Shown here piece after piece: positions 19,595 to 29,000 of a stretch of DNA of 64,000 nt. A model generated the notes under the pieces. It was not told where the DNA came from. It did no database searches and worked only from the letters and a program-made list of their open reading frames with translations. The DNA comes from a virus, in the IMG/VR virus record IMGVR_UViG_3300042898_006838, positions 91,933-155,932 of that record. One strand, given 5' to 3'. Each line of letters starts with the position of its first letter. The first letter of the stretch is position 1. The translations under genes and the position numbers were made by a program.

Positions 19595-19792
19595 CTAGTC
19601 CTCCGGCTCGATTGTTTCCTCGACCACGTCCTCGTAGTGCCCGTCGCCGAAGACCTCGGGCGCGTAGCCGGCCTTGACGGCGTTGACGCACTCGTCGCAC
19701 ACCCGTGACACGGGTATGCCCTTGGCGTCATTCAGCCACCAACTGTTTTGCTTGTCGTGCTGGGCCTTGTGAGCCCGAAGCCAGTCACTCAT
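19595..19792 (-). CDS. small hypothetical protein
   Basis: DAKGIPVSRVCDEC; start trimmed. Confidence 0.5.
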   Translation of the reverse strand: MSDWLRAHKAQHDKQNSWWLNDAKGIPVSRVCDECVNAVKAGYAPEVFGDGHYEDVVEETIEPED

Positions 19793-19930
19793 CTCTGACT
19801 CCATGAGTCTGGGTTTCTGATGCCAGGTGCAACACATCCGCTGCCGCCACATCGACGGCAGGTTCGGGCGTAGAAGCCGCGCCTGCGTCTCTCTGGACGC
19901 CAGCCGCGGCCGAAGCAGAGATTGCAGCGC

Positions 19931-20278
19931 TCATCCATCGCCGGCCTCGATCTTGTAGCCCTTGCTCATCCAGGACTTGGATTGAATGTGACCGAGCCAG
20001 TCGCTGACGCTGGGCACGCGGCCGCCGCAGTCCTCCTTCACATGCTGTTCGCCGATGTAGCGGACAGGAACCTTCTTTCCGTCGCTGTTCACGATCTCCA
20101 GGCCGAACTTGCGCTCGGCCTCGAAGATGCCGTGACTATGGTGTCTCAGCGCCCGGTGCCTGAAGTCGCACATCATCTCCTTGGTCTCGTCGAACCAGTC
20201 GTGGATGGCCTGATAGTCCTCGGGCCTGCCACCAAAGATTCGGGCACTGGATTGTGCGTGGTGACTGGTGTGCATCAC
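19931..20278 (-). CDS. DUF6915-like His-rich protein
   Basis: HAQSSARIFGG..IHDWFD..RHRALRHH..GEQHVKED pattern. Confidence 0.7.
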   Translation of the reverse strand: MMHTSHHAQSSARIFGGRPEDYQAIHDWFDETKEMMCDFRHRALRHHSHGIFEAERKFGLEIVNSDGKKVPVRYIGEQHVKEDCGGRVPSVSDWLGHIQSKSWMSKGYKIEAGDG

Positions 20279-20736
20279 TCACCGACCTTCTCGTCAACGG
20301 AATCAGACATCTCATCGATGGTCGTGGACAGCTCCACGACCATCACGCTTGTGTCCTGGGTCATGACGTTGTCGTTGTGAGTCAGCGTCATCGTCCTGGC
20401 CTGAACGTCTATCTCGAAACGTCCGTCAGCTCCGTCGTTGTTGAAGCATCCGCCGTGTTCGTGGTCGAGGATGGAGTCGCAATAGTCGATGATTACTTCA
20501 GTAAGCTTCCTATTCTTCTTAACCGATGGTCCTTTCACCCATCCGATGCCTTCTTGAAACCTTTCTTCATGAACATAGACTTCAACCCGAACATCATTTT
20601 TGGAGTCGTAGTCGATGACACAGTGGTCAATCTGACCACTGTCTCCGCTGCCGCTGTACTCGACAGTCACGTTCATGGCGCCCATGGCCTTCAGCGCGTC
20701 CATGATCAGTCTCTTGTTGTCATCGTTTTTTCTCAT
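20275..20736 (-). CDS. DUF6878-like protein
   Basis: VEYSGSGDSGQID and NNDGADG; adjacent to the DUF6915-like gene; start trimmed. Confidence 0.6.
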   Translation of the reverse strand: MRKNDDNKRLIMDALKAMGAMNVTVEYSGSGDSGQIDHCVIDYDSKNDVRVEVYVHEERFQEGIGWVKGPSVKKNRKLTEVIIDYCDSILDHEHGGCFNNDGADGRFEIDVQARTMTLTHNDNVMTQDTSVMVVELSTTIDEMSDSVDEKVGE

Positions 20737-21283
20737 ACCCGTCTCCTGTCGTTTTTGATTTGAGAAGCGGCCACTCACGCCGCCAATCGTCGATGATGGA
20801 ACTGAACTCCCTGGTCGCCAGGACATGGGTCCTGACGTCACTCTCGAACATGTCCATGCCCAGGTACTCGACGGCCTGCGCGTCGAAGTCGCCGAGTACC
20901 CGGTCGCCGAGACGCTGTTTCCCGCGCCTGGCAAAGCGCAGGGTCGGGTCGAAGACGGCATCGCCGTTCACCGCCACCCAGCCGTGGAGGATGGGGATGT
21001 GGCGGAGAGCGAAGCCTTCGACGTAGGTGAAGGTCGTCGGCGTCAGCGCCCCGGCCATGAGCACGAACTGCTGAGCGTTGCCGAAACACTGTTGCCTCGG
21101 GAACCTGAGCCGGCACTTGTCCACGACCTTGAAGATGGACTCGTGCTCCAGCGTCGTCAGCGACCGGGGCGTGAACGACCTGCCCCTTCGCGCCAGCAGG
21201 TCGTAGAAGCTGTTGTAGTCATAGCCAGGTCTAGGATGACCGTGCATTTCCGCCATCTGCCTGAGAATGATAGGCAACTGCAT
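20720..21283 (-). CDS. hypothetical protein (C..N..YVEG..HGW..DPT pattern)
   Basis: QCFGNA, YVEGFA, ILHGWV, FDPT. Confidence 0.55.
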   Translation of the reverse strand: MQLPIILRQMAEMHGHPRPGYDYNSFYDLLARRGRSFTPRSLTTLEHESIFKVVDKCRLRFPRQQCFGNAQQFVLMAGALTPTTFTYVEGFALRHIPILHGWVAVNGDAVFDPTLRFARRGKQRLGDRVLGDFDAQAVEYLGMDMFESDVRTHVLATREFSSIIDDWRREWPLLKSKTTGDGYEKKR

Positions 21284-21632
21284 CCCCAACCTCATGGATC
21301 GTGGTCTTGACGGTTCTGTCGATAAGCGACTGGGCGTCACGCCTCAGCAACTTGTCGACCTTGTTCTTGAACGCGGTCTTGGTCGTGTCACCGACGTTAC
21401 AGCGCAGACCCACGTGGTCCCTGACGTCGACGGCAGTGGTGTCATTGTCCAGGAGACCGAGCATGAACATGCGTGTGGCGAACTCTTGCCAGTTGCTGTC
21501 CTTGATCTCGCCGATGTCAACGGCCATGGTCAGGAAGATGAGCCTCTCGGTGACTGGGTTGATTCTGCCATCCGGCAGCCAGCACTTGGTCTTGTAGTCA
21601 GCGATTTTCGTCAGGTCGTACGTCAGTGGCAT
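21231..21632 (-). CDS. hypothetical protein
   Basis: Overlapping operon ORF. Confidence 0.55.
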   Translation of the reverse strand: MPLTYDLTKIADYKTKCWLPDGRINPVTERLIFLTMAVDIGEIKDSNWQEFATRMFMLGLLDNDTTAVDVRDHVGLRCNVGDTTKTAFKNKVDKLLRRDAQSLIDRTVKTTIHEVGDAVAYHSQADGGNARSS

Positions 21633-21900
21633 CTTTCATCTCCGTTAACGTGGTTGGGTAGGCAAGTTCGTGACAGCGGCTGTAGGCCTCAGTGAATTTG
21701 TCGGAGTCGCTGAGTCCGAGACCGCAGAGGTCGTGGAGCTTGGACACGATCAGGCGCACGGCCGGATGCTCTCGGCGGCTGAAGGTGTCCAGGTCCACGA
21801 GCATCGTCAGTCCCTGGGCCAGCGTCCTGGCCACGGCCGTGGGGTTGACTGCGTCCTGGATGTCGAGTGCCGTCCGGCAAAGCTCTTGCTCATTTTTCAT
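21598..21900 (-). CDS. hypothetical protein
   Basis: Overlapping operon ORF. Confidence 0.55.
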   Translation of the reverse strand: MKNEQELCRTALDIQDAVNPTAVARTLAQGLTMLVDLDTFSRREHPAVRLIVSKLHDLCGLGLSDSDKFTEAYSRCHELAYPTTLTEMKDATDVRPDENR

Positions 21901-22234
21901 CGTCTAATCTCATCGTCAGATTGTTGAAGGTGAAGACACGGAAGCCGACGGCTATCGCCAGCCCCACGTGCGTGCCGACAAAGGCCACGTCATCTGGTCG
22001 ACGTTCGCGGACCACGGTCATGCGGACGTGGAGGCGGGAGACGATGATCGGGACCTGGGTCAGCGGCAGCCAGAGCACGCCGTCATCGCACTCCGTCGGC
22101 AGTCGTCCGCTGTTGTCGACGACTGCAAGTCGACCGCTGGCGTCGTCGACGAACAGTCGGTGCTCGCCGCGGGGCCCGGCGTACACCAGGCGCCAGCGAT
22201 AGAGGCTCTCCTGCATCTCGACTATGGTGTTCAC
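21890..22234 (-). CDS. hypothetical protein
   Basis: Overlapping operon ORF. Confidence 0.5.
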   Translation of the reverse strand: MNTIVEMQESLYRWRLVYAGPRGEHRLFVDDASGRLAVVDNSGRLPTECDDGVLWLPLTQVPIIVSRLHVRMTVVRERRPDDVAFVGTHVGLAIAVGFRVFTFNNLTMRLDDEK

Positions 22235-22473
22235 GGCTCACCTGCGCTGGTTATCGAGGGGCTGGCGAAGGGGCAGGCCGGGCAGCCGGCGTAGACGGCG
22301 ACGGCCTTGCCTGCCGGGGCTCGGAGCTGTGGCGGTGGTTTGACGGCCACGCGCACCATGCACAGCCTGGCTCCGCAGTTCGGGCACTCGTCGTCGACTG
22401 CCGTCCACTTCGGCTTGCCGAGGACCTGGGGGCGAGGTTGTCCTGGGAACGGGGTTCTGAGTCTGTCGTTCAT
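22231..22473 (-). CDS. small Zn-ribbon protein downstream of ncRNA array 2
   Basis: CPNC..CPAC; start trimmed to MNDRL. Confidence 0.55.
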   Translation of the reverse strand: MNDRLRTPFPGQPRPQVLGKPKWTAVDDECPNCGARLCMVRVAVKPPPQLRAPAGKAVAVYAGCPACPFASPSITSAGEP

Positions 22474-22512
22474 GTTCTCTTGTCCTTCCTGTGTTCTGAA
22501 TGCGAAGAATGA

Positions 22513-22652
22513 GTCTCCACAACTTGCCGGCAAGACAGGGACCAGGCGCCGGCGGCTGTGCCCTGACGGCCGCCGGCGCCTAGTCACTGGATGTCGGAGA
22601 AAAAAGTCCGTCGACCGCGGCGAGACGCCGAGGCTCTGCAGTATCTGGAGAC
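22513..22652 (-). ncRNA. retron-like msr-msd unit (array 2, unit 4)
   Basis: Arms gtctcca 22513-22519 / tggagac 22646-22652; G:G at 22645/22520; conserved hairpin cggcg-aga-cgccg 22618-22630; 13-bp payload stem 22544-22556/22569-22581. Confidence 0.75.
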
Positions 22653-22811
22653 CGTCTAGACGCTAACTGACCTGTAAGACGGGAGCCTGGTCGAGCTCCG
22701 GCTTACTCGGGCCTTGACGACGTTAGCCGGAGCTCGACCAGGCTCACGTCATCAATCACAGCCCACTTTGACTCTACGCGACGGCGAGACGCCGCCTGTG
22801 TTCACGGTTCC
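22647..22811 (-). ncRNA. retron-like msr-msd unit (array 2, unit 3)
   Basis: Arms ggagaccgt 22647-22655 / acggttcc 22804-22811 (1 bulge); G:G at 22803/22656; conserved hairpin 22782-22794; perfect 21-bp stem 22683-22703/22725-22745. Confidence 0.75.
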
Positions 22812-22968
22812 TACTTGCCGGGTGATTTCGATCCCTGAGCTCGGTACGAGCTCGGCAGGATCGCCACGGCGCTCAGACATCTGCCGTCGCGGGGGATGTC
22901 TGAGAAGTCGTTGACGCGATAGGCGCAACGCGCCGGCGAGACGCCGGCTGTTAGCTATTCGAACCTGA
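22802..22968 (-). ncRNA. retron-like msr-msd unit (array 2, unit 2)
   Basis: Arms tcacggttc 22802-22810 / gaacctga 22961-22968 (1 bulge); G:G at 22960/22811; conserved hairpin 22933-22947; payload hairpins gagctcg-gta-cgagctc and ctcagacatc/gatgtctgag. Confidence 0.7.
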
Positions 22969-22973
22969 CATCT

Positions 22974-23141
22974 GGTACCTGCTCACCGACGATAAACGAT
23001 CGGATGCGAACTAGGCTCTGCTAGTTAGCATCAGATCGCAGCGTGAGCGAAACAGCTCCGACCTCGGAGCTGAGAGCGAACGTCGACGACATAGTCGCGA
23101 CGTGCCGGCGAGGCGCCAGCCGTTGCCTTCGCGATCGTACC
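22974..23141 (-). ncRNA. retron-like msr-msd unit (array 2, unit 1; weakest arms)
   Basis: 5-bp arms ggtac 22974-22978 / gtacc 23137-23141; G:G at 23136/22979; hairpin variant ggcg-agg-cgcc at about 23107-23117; several payload hairpins. Confidence 0.55.
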
Positions 23142-23654
23142 CTAAGCCGCTGACCTGACTGACGTGGACCTGAGCTTCCTGACCATGTCCAGGATCGCCT
23201 TAAGCTCCTGACCGTAGTCGCTGATGTCTGAGTAGAAGCTGACTGCGTCTTTTACTTCTGAGACTTCTAGATCATCCCAGTTGCTGATGTGGTCGTTGAT
23301 CCTCTCAGCGTCCAGGTCTTCGAGATCTTCGAGCTTGCTCTCGATGTCCGAGAGCTTGTCGTCGACGCCATCCAGCTTCTCGACGCTCCTCTCGACGTCG
23401 GCGATCCTATCGTCGAAGTTGCTGATCTCGCTGAGGTCGATGTCTTCGAGGCCGGACGTCAGCTCCAATACTCCTGACAACTTCTTCTGCATGTCTCCGA
23501 TCTTTAGCTCAAGCCAGCTGTTGAAGACCAGCTCCAGGGCCTGGCGCTGGTCATCGCTCAGCTCCTTGAAGTTGATGGCCGGCGGCGGCTGTGATGCGCG
23601 TGACAGAGCCTCGGCCAGGGCGTGTAGAGCCCCGGCCATTTCCTTGATGTCCAT
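23142..23654 (-). CDS. acidic coiled-coil protein
   Basis: Heptad-like D/E/L pattern; stop codon abuts ncRNA array 2. Confidence 0.6.
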   Translation of the reverse strand: MDIKEMAGALHALAEALSRASQPPPAINFKELSDDQRQALELVFNSWLELKIGDMQKKLSGVLELTSGLEDIDLSEISNFDDRIADVERSVEKLDGVDDKLSDIESKLEDLEDLDAERINDHISNWDDLEVSEVKDAVSFYSDISDYGQELKAILDMVRKLRSTSVRSAA

Positions 23655-23659
23655 ATGAT

Positions 23660-24079
23660 TCAGCTCCTCGCCAACAGTGTCAGGAACATGTCAGCGAAAT
23701 GTTTGTGACCAAGGTCTAGGGACAGCTGTTCCTGCAGCTTGTCCCTGGACACGGATCCGTCGTCGGCTATCGACGACGGAGTGAGTACGCATAGACGTGT
23801 TTTTTTGTAGCCGATGACACCCAGTCCACGGCCACCGGCTCGGTCCACCCGTCGCAGGAACGCGAGCTGCGGGGCGGAGAAGCGGTGGCCGAGGACGTTG
23901 CTGGAGCCCCGGACCGGCCAATGGTCCGTGTACTTCAGCTCAAGCCAGTAAGCGCGCCCCTCGACGACGAGGTGAGCGTCTGGCACGCCGGTTGCCGTCA
24001 TGGACGCCATGTACTCGCAGAAGCAGCGAGGTCTCAGGGCCCTGACAAACCGACGTCGGAAATCTTCTTCTCCACTCAT
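23660..24079 (-). CDS. VRR-NUC/Holliday-junction resolvase-like PD-(D/E)xK nuclease
   Basis: GVPD..WLELK..FSAPQLAFL. Confidence 0.75.
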   Translation of the reverse strand: MSGEEDFRRRFVRALRPRCFCEYMASMTATGVPDAHLVVEGRAYWLELKYTDHWPVRGSSNVLGHRFSAPQLAFLRRVDRAGGRGLGVIGYKKTRLCVLTPSSIADDGSVSRDKLQEQLSLDLGHKHFADMFLTLLARS

Positions 24080-24609
24080 TTCAGAAGAGCCTGAGCCGCG
24101 CCGACTGCGGCACCGATGGGAGCTCCGAGCCAGATGATGACCCGGAGTTCACGGTTGATGATGGAGATGACCATGTTCTCGATCTCGTCGATGGACATAG
24201 AGTCTATGGCCGACGTGATCATGATCGAAGCAATTTTTGCTTCACGTGCCTCACCGGCTGCGCGCTGGCAGTCGGCGAGGAATTGAGCCTTGGTCAGACT
24301 GTCAAAGTACAGCCCCGTGGCCACGCGCAGGAGCGGGTAGCGGCCAAGGATCCTATCGGCACTGCCGTCGGAGAAAGCGGTGTAGACGGCATCGAATAGC
24401 CCCTCACCGCTTAACAACCGGTCCTGGACCAGGGACGCGACTTCCCTGGAAAAATCCCGGCGACGACGGGCGAAGACACCCGGAGTAAAGGGGACGCGGA
24501 CACCGAAAACTCGCCAGGTATGGCGTGGCCAGAAGATCATCTTCACAACCAGCCAGTGGTCGAGGTAGCCGATGACTGCGCCGATGATCATCGGAACAAT
24601 CAGGTCCAT
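24076..24609 (-). CDS. DUF445-like membrane protein
   Basis: IGAVIGY..WL..KMIFWP, PFTPG, ELRVI.WLGA.IG. Confidence 0.7.
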   Translation of the reverse strand: MDLIVPMIIGAVIGYLDHWLVVKMIFWPRHTWRVFGVRVPFTPGVFARRRRDFSREVASLVQDRLLSGEGLFDAVYTAFSDGSADRILGRYPLLRVATGLYFDSLTKAQFLADCQRAAGEAREAKIASIMITSAIDSMSIDEIENMVISIINRELRVIIWLGAPIGAAVGAAQALLK

Positions 24610-24613
24610 GCCC

Positions 24614-25135
24614 CTACCGCGCCATTCCCGCGGCGTAGGAACGGAGCTCTGCCAACGTCTCTTCGAGATCGGCGTGGGCCGTGTGCACTCTCTTCTTCTC
24701 GATGGTCATCGGATCCGAGCCGTTGATGAACCACAGGGACATGCGCATGGCACTGACGTCCAGGTGACGGTGACTGAATACGGCCTCGACACTGGGCATG
24801 TGCTGGCGCAGGAACCCGCGGTCGAAGTGGACGCTGTTGCCGCTGAGGATCGGGAGCTTGCCCGCCTGCTCAAGCCACGCCAGTAACTCTTTCTCCACAT
24901 GCTTGACCCCGTTCTGGCAGTCGAGAGCGCGTTGGAAGAGACCCGTCTTCACGTGCATGTCCATGGCGTAGGCGTCGGCGGCGGCCGCCGCGCCCAGGGC
25001 CGGCGTGATCAGGGAGTGGAATGACTGCCCCGTGTCCCGGAACTTGTCGTCAAAGATCCTGGCCCCGACCTCCAGCAGACAGTGCCTGCTGGCGTCGAGG
25101 CCCGTTGTTTCCGTGTCGAGAAAGACAAACTTCAT
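24614..25135 (-). CDS. orn: oligoribonuclease
   Basis: LDTETTGLD, MHVKTGL, GNSVHFDRGFL, HRHLDVS, HTAHAD..ELRSY. Confidence 0.85.
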   Translation of the reverse strand: MKFVFLDTETTGLDASRHCLLEVGARIFDDKFRDTGQSFHSLITPALGAAAAADAYAMDMHVKTGLFQRALDCQNGVKHVEKELLAWLEQAGKLPILSGNSVHFDRGFLRQHMPSVEAVFSHRHLDVSAMRMSLWFINGSDPMTIEKKRVHTAHADLEETLAELRSYAAGMAR

Positions 25136-25169
25136 CGTCGTTACCTCCTGTTCAGGTTATGCCCTGAGG

Positions 25170-25844
25170 TCAGAGGATATTGCCCTCCACGTCCTCACGG
25201 CAGTTGTCGTCGTCGCTGCCGACGTCGATTCTCGGCGCCCAAGCGCGCCATGGTCTGTCAACGCCCCGCTCGCTGAGTAGGGACATGGCCGTCGCCAGGT
25301 CCGTGCCGTAGAGCGTGGGCAGGGCCTGAGCCGTCAGCACCTGGGCCAGGGCTCGGTAGGCGTTGGTGACGTTGTCGTCAGGTTGGTTGGCATCGCTGTC
25401 CACGATGTGCTCGGGCTCGCGTGTCACGCGCACGCGCCCGTCTACGGCCACGGACAACAGTCCCCAGGCCCTGGGCAGGGACTCCAGGTGACCGGGACCG
25501 ATGGCGTCGGCGTGAGCCAGCCACGGATTCAGGCTCAGGCGCGGGTAGGGCAGGAGCCACTTGCCGTCCTCCACGTCCTCACGCGACAGGTCGGCGAGGC
25601 TGCCCTTGACCTCGATGACGTGTAGGCTCTCGACGCCGTCGCGTACGCAGCCGGCGGCGACGTCCACTCGCCACCGACCGTCCCAGGGCGTGCACAGTCC
25701 GTGAAGGCCGTGGAGACCGACCTCAGTCGCCAGGGCCCTGCAGCCCCGGCGCCAGAGCCAGAGACAGCTGGCCGTCGTTACCCTGGCCGTGGCCTGGGCT
25801 CGACTCAGATCTCTCCAGGACAAGAGCGTCGATGGCGTCTTCAC
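25170..25844 (-). CDS. PD-(D/E)xK nuclease-like (MmcB-like) protein
   Basis: RVDV..VIEVKGS.ADL..WGLL. Confidence 0.55.
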   Translation of the reverse strand: MKTPSTLLSWRDLSRAQATARVTTASCLWLWRRGCRALATEVGLHGLHGLCTPWDGRWRVDVAAGCVRDGVESLHVIEVKGSLADLSREDVEDGKWLLPYPRLSLNPWLAHADAIGPGHLESLPRAWGLLSVAVDGRVRVTREPEHIVDSDANQPDDNVTNAYRALAQVLTAQALPTLYGTDLATAMSLLSERGVDRPWRAWAPRIDVGSDDDNCREDVEGNIL

Positions 25845-26000
25845 TTACCTCCACCTCACCGCCAGATTTCTTGCGGAAGCTGCGAACTGGTACGACGGCA
25901 ACGATCCTCCAGCCCTGGGACGAGAGCTGGTTGAGCTCCGCCTCCAGGGCCGCGAGGACGTCGTCTCCGTCGTAGCTGGGATCGAGAACGCGGTAGCGAG

Positions 26001-29000
26001 TCAAGACAGCCGAGTCTTCAGCCAGGCCATCAGGTCGCCACCAGGCGCCGACTTCGGAGCGCCGGCAGACTCGCACAGGGCCTGCAGGTCGCTGAGGTAC
26101 CGGCGCATGGCGTCGTTGGCTTGACGTTCGCTGCGCAGGGCCTCGGCGACGCTGTCGTTGACGTGCCCGTGCTCTGGCTCGCCGGGCGTGCCGATAAGGC
26201 TCTCTATGCTCGCTGCCCGCAGGTGCGGGACAAGCGGGTGCTCCTCTGCGCCCTCGTCAAGAAGCCAGGAGTCGCCGCCCTTGTACGAGATCTTCTCCAC
26301 GCCGTGCAGGATGACAAAGGCGTCGCGGCAGAGGCTGCTGTAGTCAAAGTTTTTCATCGGAAAAGCTCCTGGTTGTGAGCAGAGCAGACTGCTTTGAAGA
26401 CGTCAACGTCAATGGCCTGGGCCATGACGTCCACGGTCGTCAGGGTCACGAATACGTCGACGCGCTGAGCCTCCCAGGACACGACGGCCTCGAAGTCGGC
26501 GCCAGGTGGTAGGTGCTGTCGAATAAGGCGCAGGTGGAATTGGCTGCGATCCGGGTCGAGCTCGTAGGAGACGGGACTCAGCTGTTCTCCGTTGACGAAT
26601 ACTTTCCACATGCCGCCTCCATGACGTCGAGTTCCGTTGCGTCTCTGATCGTGAACGAGGTTTTTCCTTCAAAGGTCAGAAACGAGTCTTCGCAGATGCC
26701 GAAGACCTGATAACTCCATCCCGGCTCTTCGTAGGCGCAGAGTACGGGTTGGCCGACGAGAACCGGGTTCACGAGGTCAATGACCCATCGGTTACCGGAC
26801 AGGTCGTGGTTGCCGACCGTGGGACGCATCCTCCTGATCCGGTCGCCGAAGACGAGCTGGAAGTAGTCCCAACTCATGACCTCCGGCGCAGTCATGGCAT
26901 CTCCTCCCTGTGCCCGAGTCCAATCAACATTCCTGCACATCTCCGTGATCAACACCGAAGATGCAGTGACCGTTATCTAGCAGCAGCGGCAGCCAGTGGT
27001 CGCAGTCGCTGTCACCGGCGACGACCAGGGACTTGATCTCACACATATGTCTGTCGGCCTTGATGAAGAGGCTGTGGCTGCAGGTGCTGCAGTTGGCTGA
27101 CAGCGGCCCGCAGGGCGTGTCCACGATCTTCACCGGCGGACGGCGTTTCTCTCTGGTCATGGTCATGACTCCTCTCTATCTGATTTCTTAATTGTCATCA
27201 ACTCCGATTGAAACATTGACTCCGCCATCTCCTCCAACGTCGTGGCTATGGTCATGACGCTGGTGTTGCCACCAGCGTCCACCACGTGAACCTCATTCTC
27301 AGGCACCGAGGCGCTGATGACGAATGGCCTGCCCATGAACATGAAGCCAGTACGCTCTTCGTCGCAGAGCTCTGTGACGTGGCATGGGTTAAAGCGAACA
27401 CATGTTCCCGGTGGCAGGCGTTCAATACGTCTCCTGGGAAGGGGCATGACTCTTCTCCTTCCTACATGTCCAGGAACTCGGTGTCCTCGCCGTACGACCG
27501 GAGTAGTTGCTCCTGTTTCTCGCCGTCGACGAGGACGCGGCCACCGAAGATGCGACGTGCGCTCTCGATGACCCTGAATTCTGATGGCGATGGATCGTTG
27601 TTCAGCACGTGCCAGAGCTCCTGCTCGCTCCAGGCCCGCGTGCCCTTGGGCGCAGGCTCGTCGACGGCGACGTCGATCTCGACGTCAGGTGTCTTCAGGT
27701 ACAGGGTGATGATCACTGACTGACTCCTTGATCAAGTCCATTGTCGTCTCCAGGCCCAGCAGCGGCCTTGCCTCGATCTCGTAGACCTTGTCGAAAACGT
27801 CATCGACGTATTCCAGTCGCTGTTCGTAAGTCAGCGCCTGGAAGGCCCTGAAATCGTCTTCGTCGCCGCAGTCTGAGATGGTGTCTTCCATGTCGCTGGC
27901 TATCCAGGCCTTGGCCGTATCTATGTCGACCACGGCCTCTGTGTACTGATGGTTATCTGGCTGTCGAACTATGACCACGTAGATGTCCAACACAGTCTTC
28001 ATTAACTGCCTCCTCCATTTCCTCGATCGTCGTCTTGACGAGTGACATGGCCGCCTCGGCCGTCACGTCCTCGGCGGCGATGTCGTAGTTGTTGCCGTTT
28101 TCTAAAAGCTGGCGAAAGACGTCTTCGTCGACAAAGACCTGGCGCTGTCGCCAGGTAATTGCCATCCACTCCCAGCGCTCGTCGCCGCTGTAAGTGGCCC
28201 AGGCGGCACCGGCGCCGGTAAAGAACGTCTCACCGTCTCGACTCCAGGGCATAGACATTCTCCTACAACCGCCAGGGGCACCGGCTCGGCTTGAGCCAAT
28301 GGTCTACGGTCACGCAAAGGCCCTGGCCATCAGGGCTCTGATGTCTTCGTCGCTCATGACCATGCCCGTGACGGCCAGGAACGACTCGCAGACCCTGGCG
28401 ACGAGCTCGGCACCCGGGTCCCGGCTCCTGGCCATTTCATGGGCGTCCATGAGATTCAGGCTGTCGAGGCCGCGCATACGTCGTCCGTTGACAAGCAGTT
28501 GCAGGTGGACACGGCCGTCGTCGACGAAGATCAGTGACTCCAGGACCTGTGCGTGATCTGACATCGCGGATCGGAATCGGCGCCAGAGCCTGTCTTCTGG
28601 CTCGTGCATTGTCTCCGTTTCGTAGCCGCCGTCGTTGTCCAGGACCTGGGTGTCTCCGGCGACGTAGTCGTCTTCGCCGAATAACACGACCTTGCGCGTG
28701 TCGTGGCTACAGGCTCGCCTGACAGCGAAGTCGATCAGGGCCTGGGAGTCTAGTGGCCAGCTCCAGTCACGGTCGTCGTATTCGATGACGATCGTGGTCT
28801 CGGCTACGCGCTGCATTTCAACGTGAAGATACTTCTTTGTCATTCACTGCCTCATTGATTTCGTCGATGGTCGTTGAGTAGTTGGAGATGAACGGCGTGA
28901 CCGAGCTGTTGTCCTTGACCCAGGCCTCGGCCATGGTCAGGGGGTTGAACCAGGCAACGCGTTTTGCGGTGACGGCCGCGGCTCCTCCGCTGAAGGCGTC

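Noticed and set aside
19795-19930. Hairpin-rich gap as a further retron unit
   Set aside because: It lacks the conserved GGCGAGNCGCC hairpin and G:G-closed arms, and may be a coding extension or UTR.
22513-23141. CRISPR array interpretation of the regularly spaced palindromic repeat
   Set aside because: The repeat is only about 11-13 nt, the spacers are 100-160 nt and strongly self-complementary, and there is no cas operon. Unit-specific arms fit retron ncRNA better.
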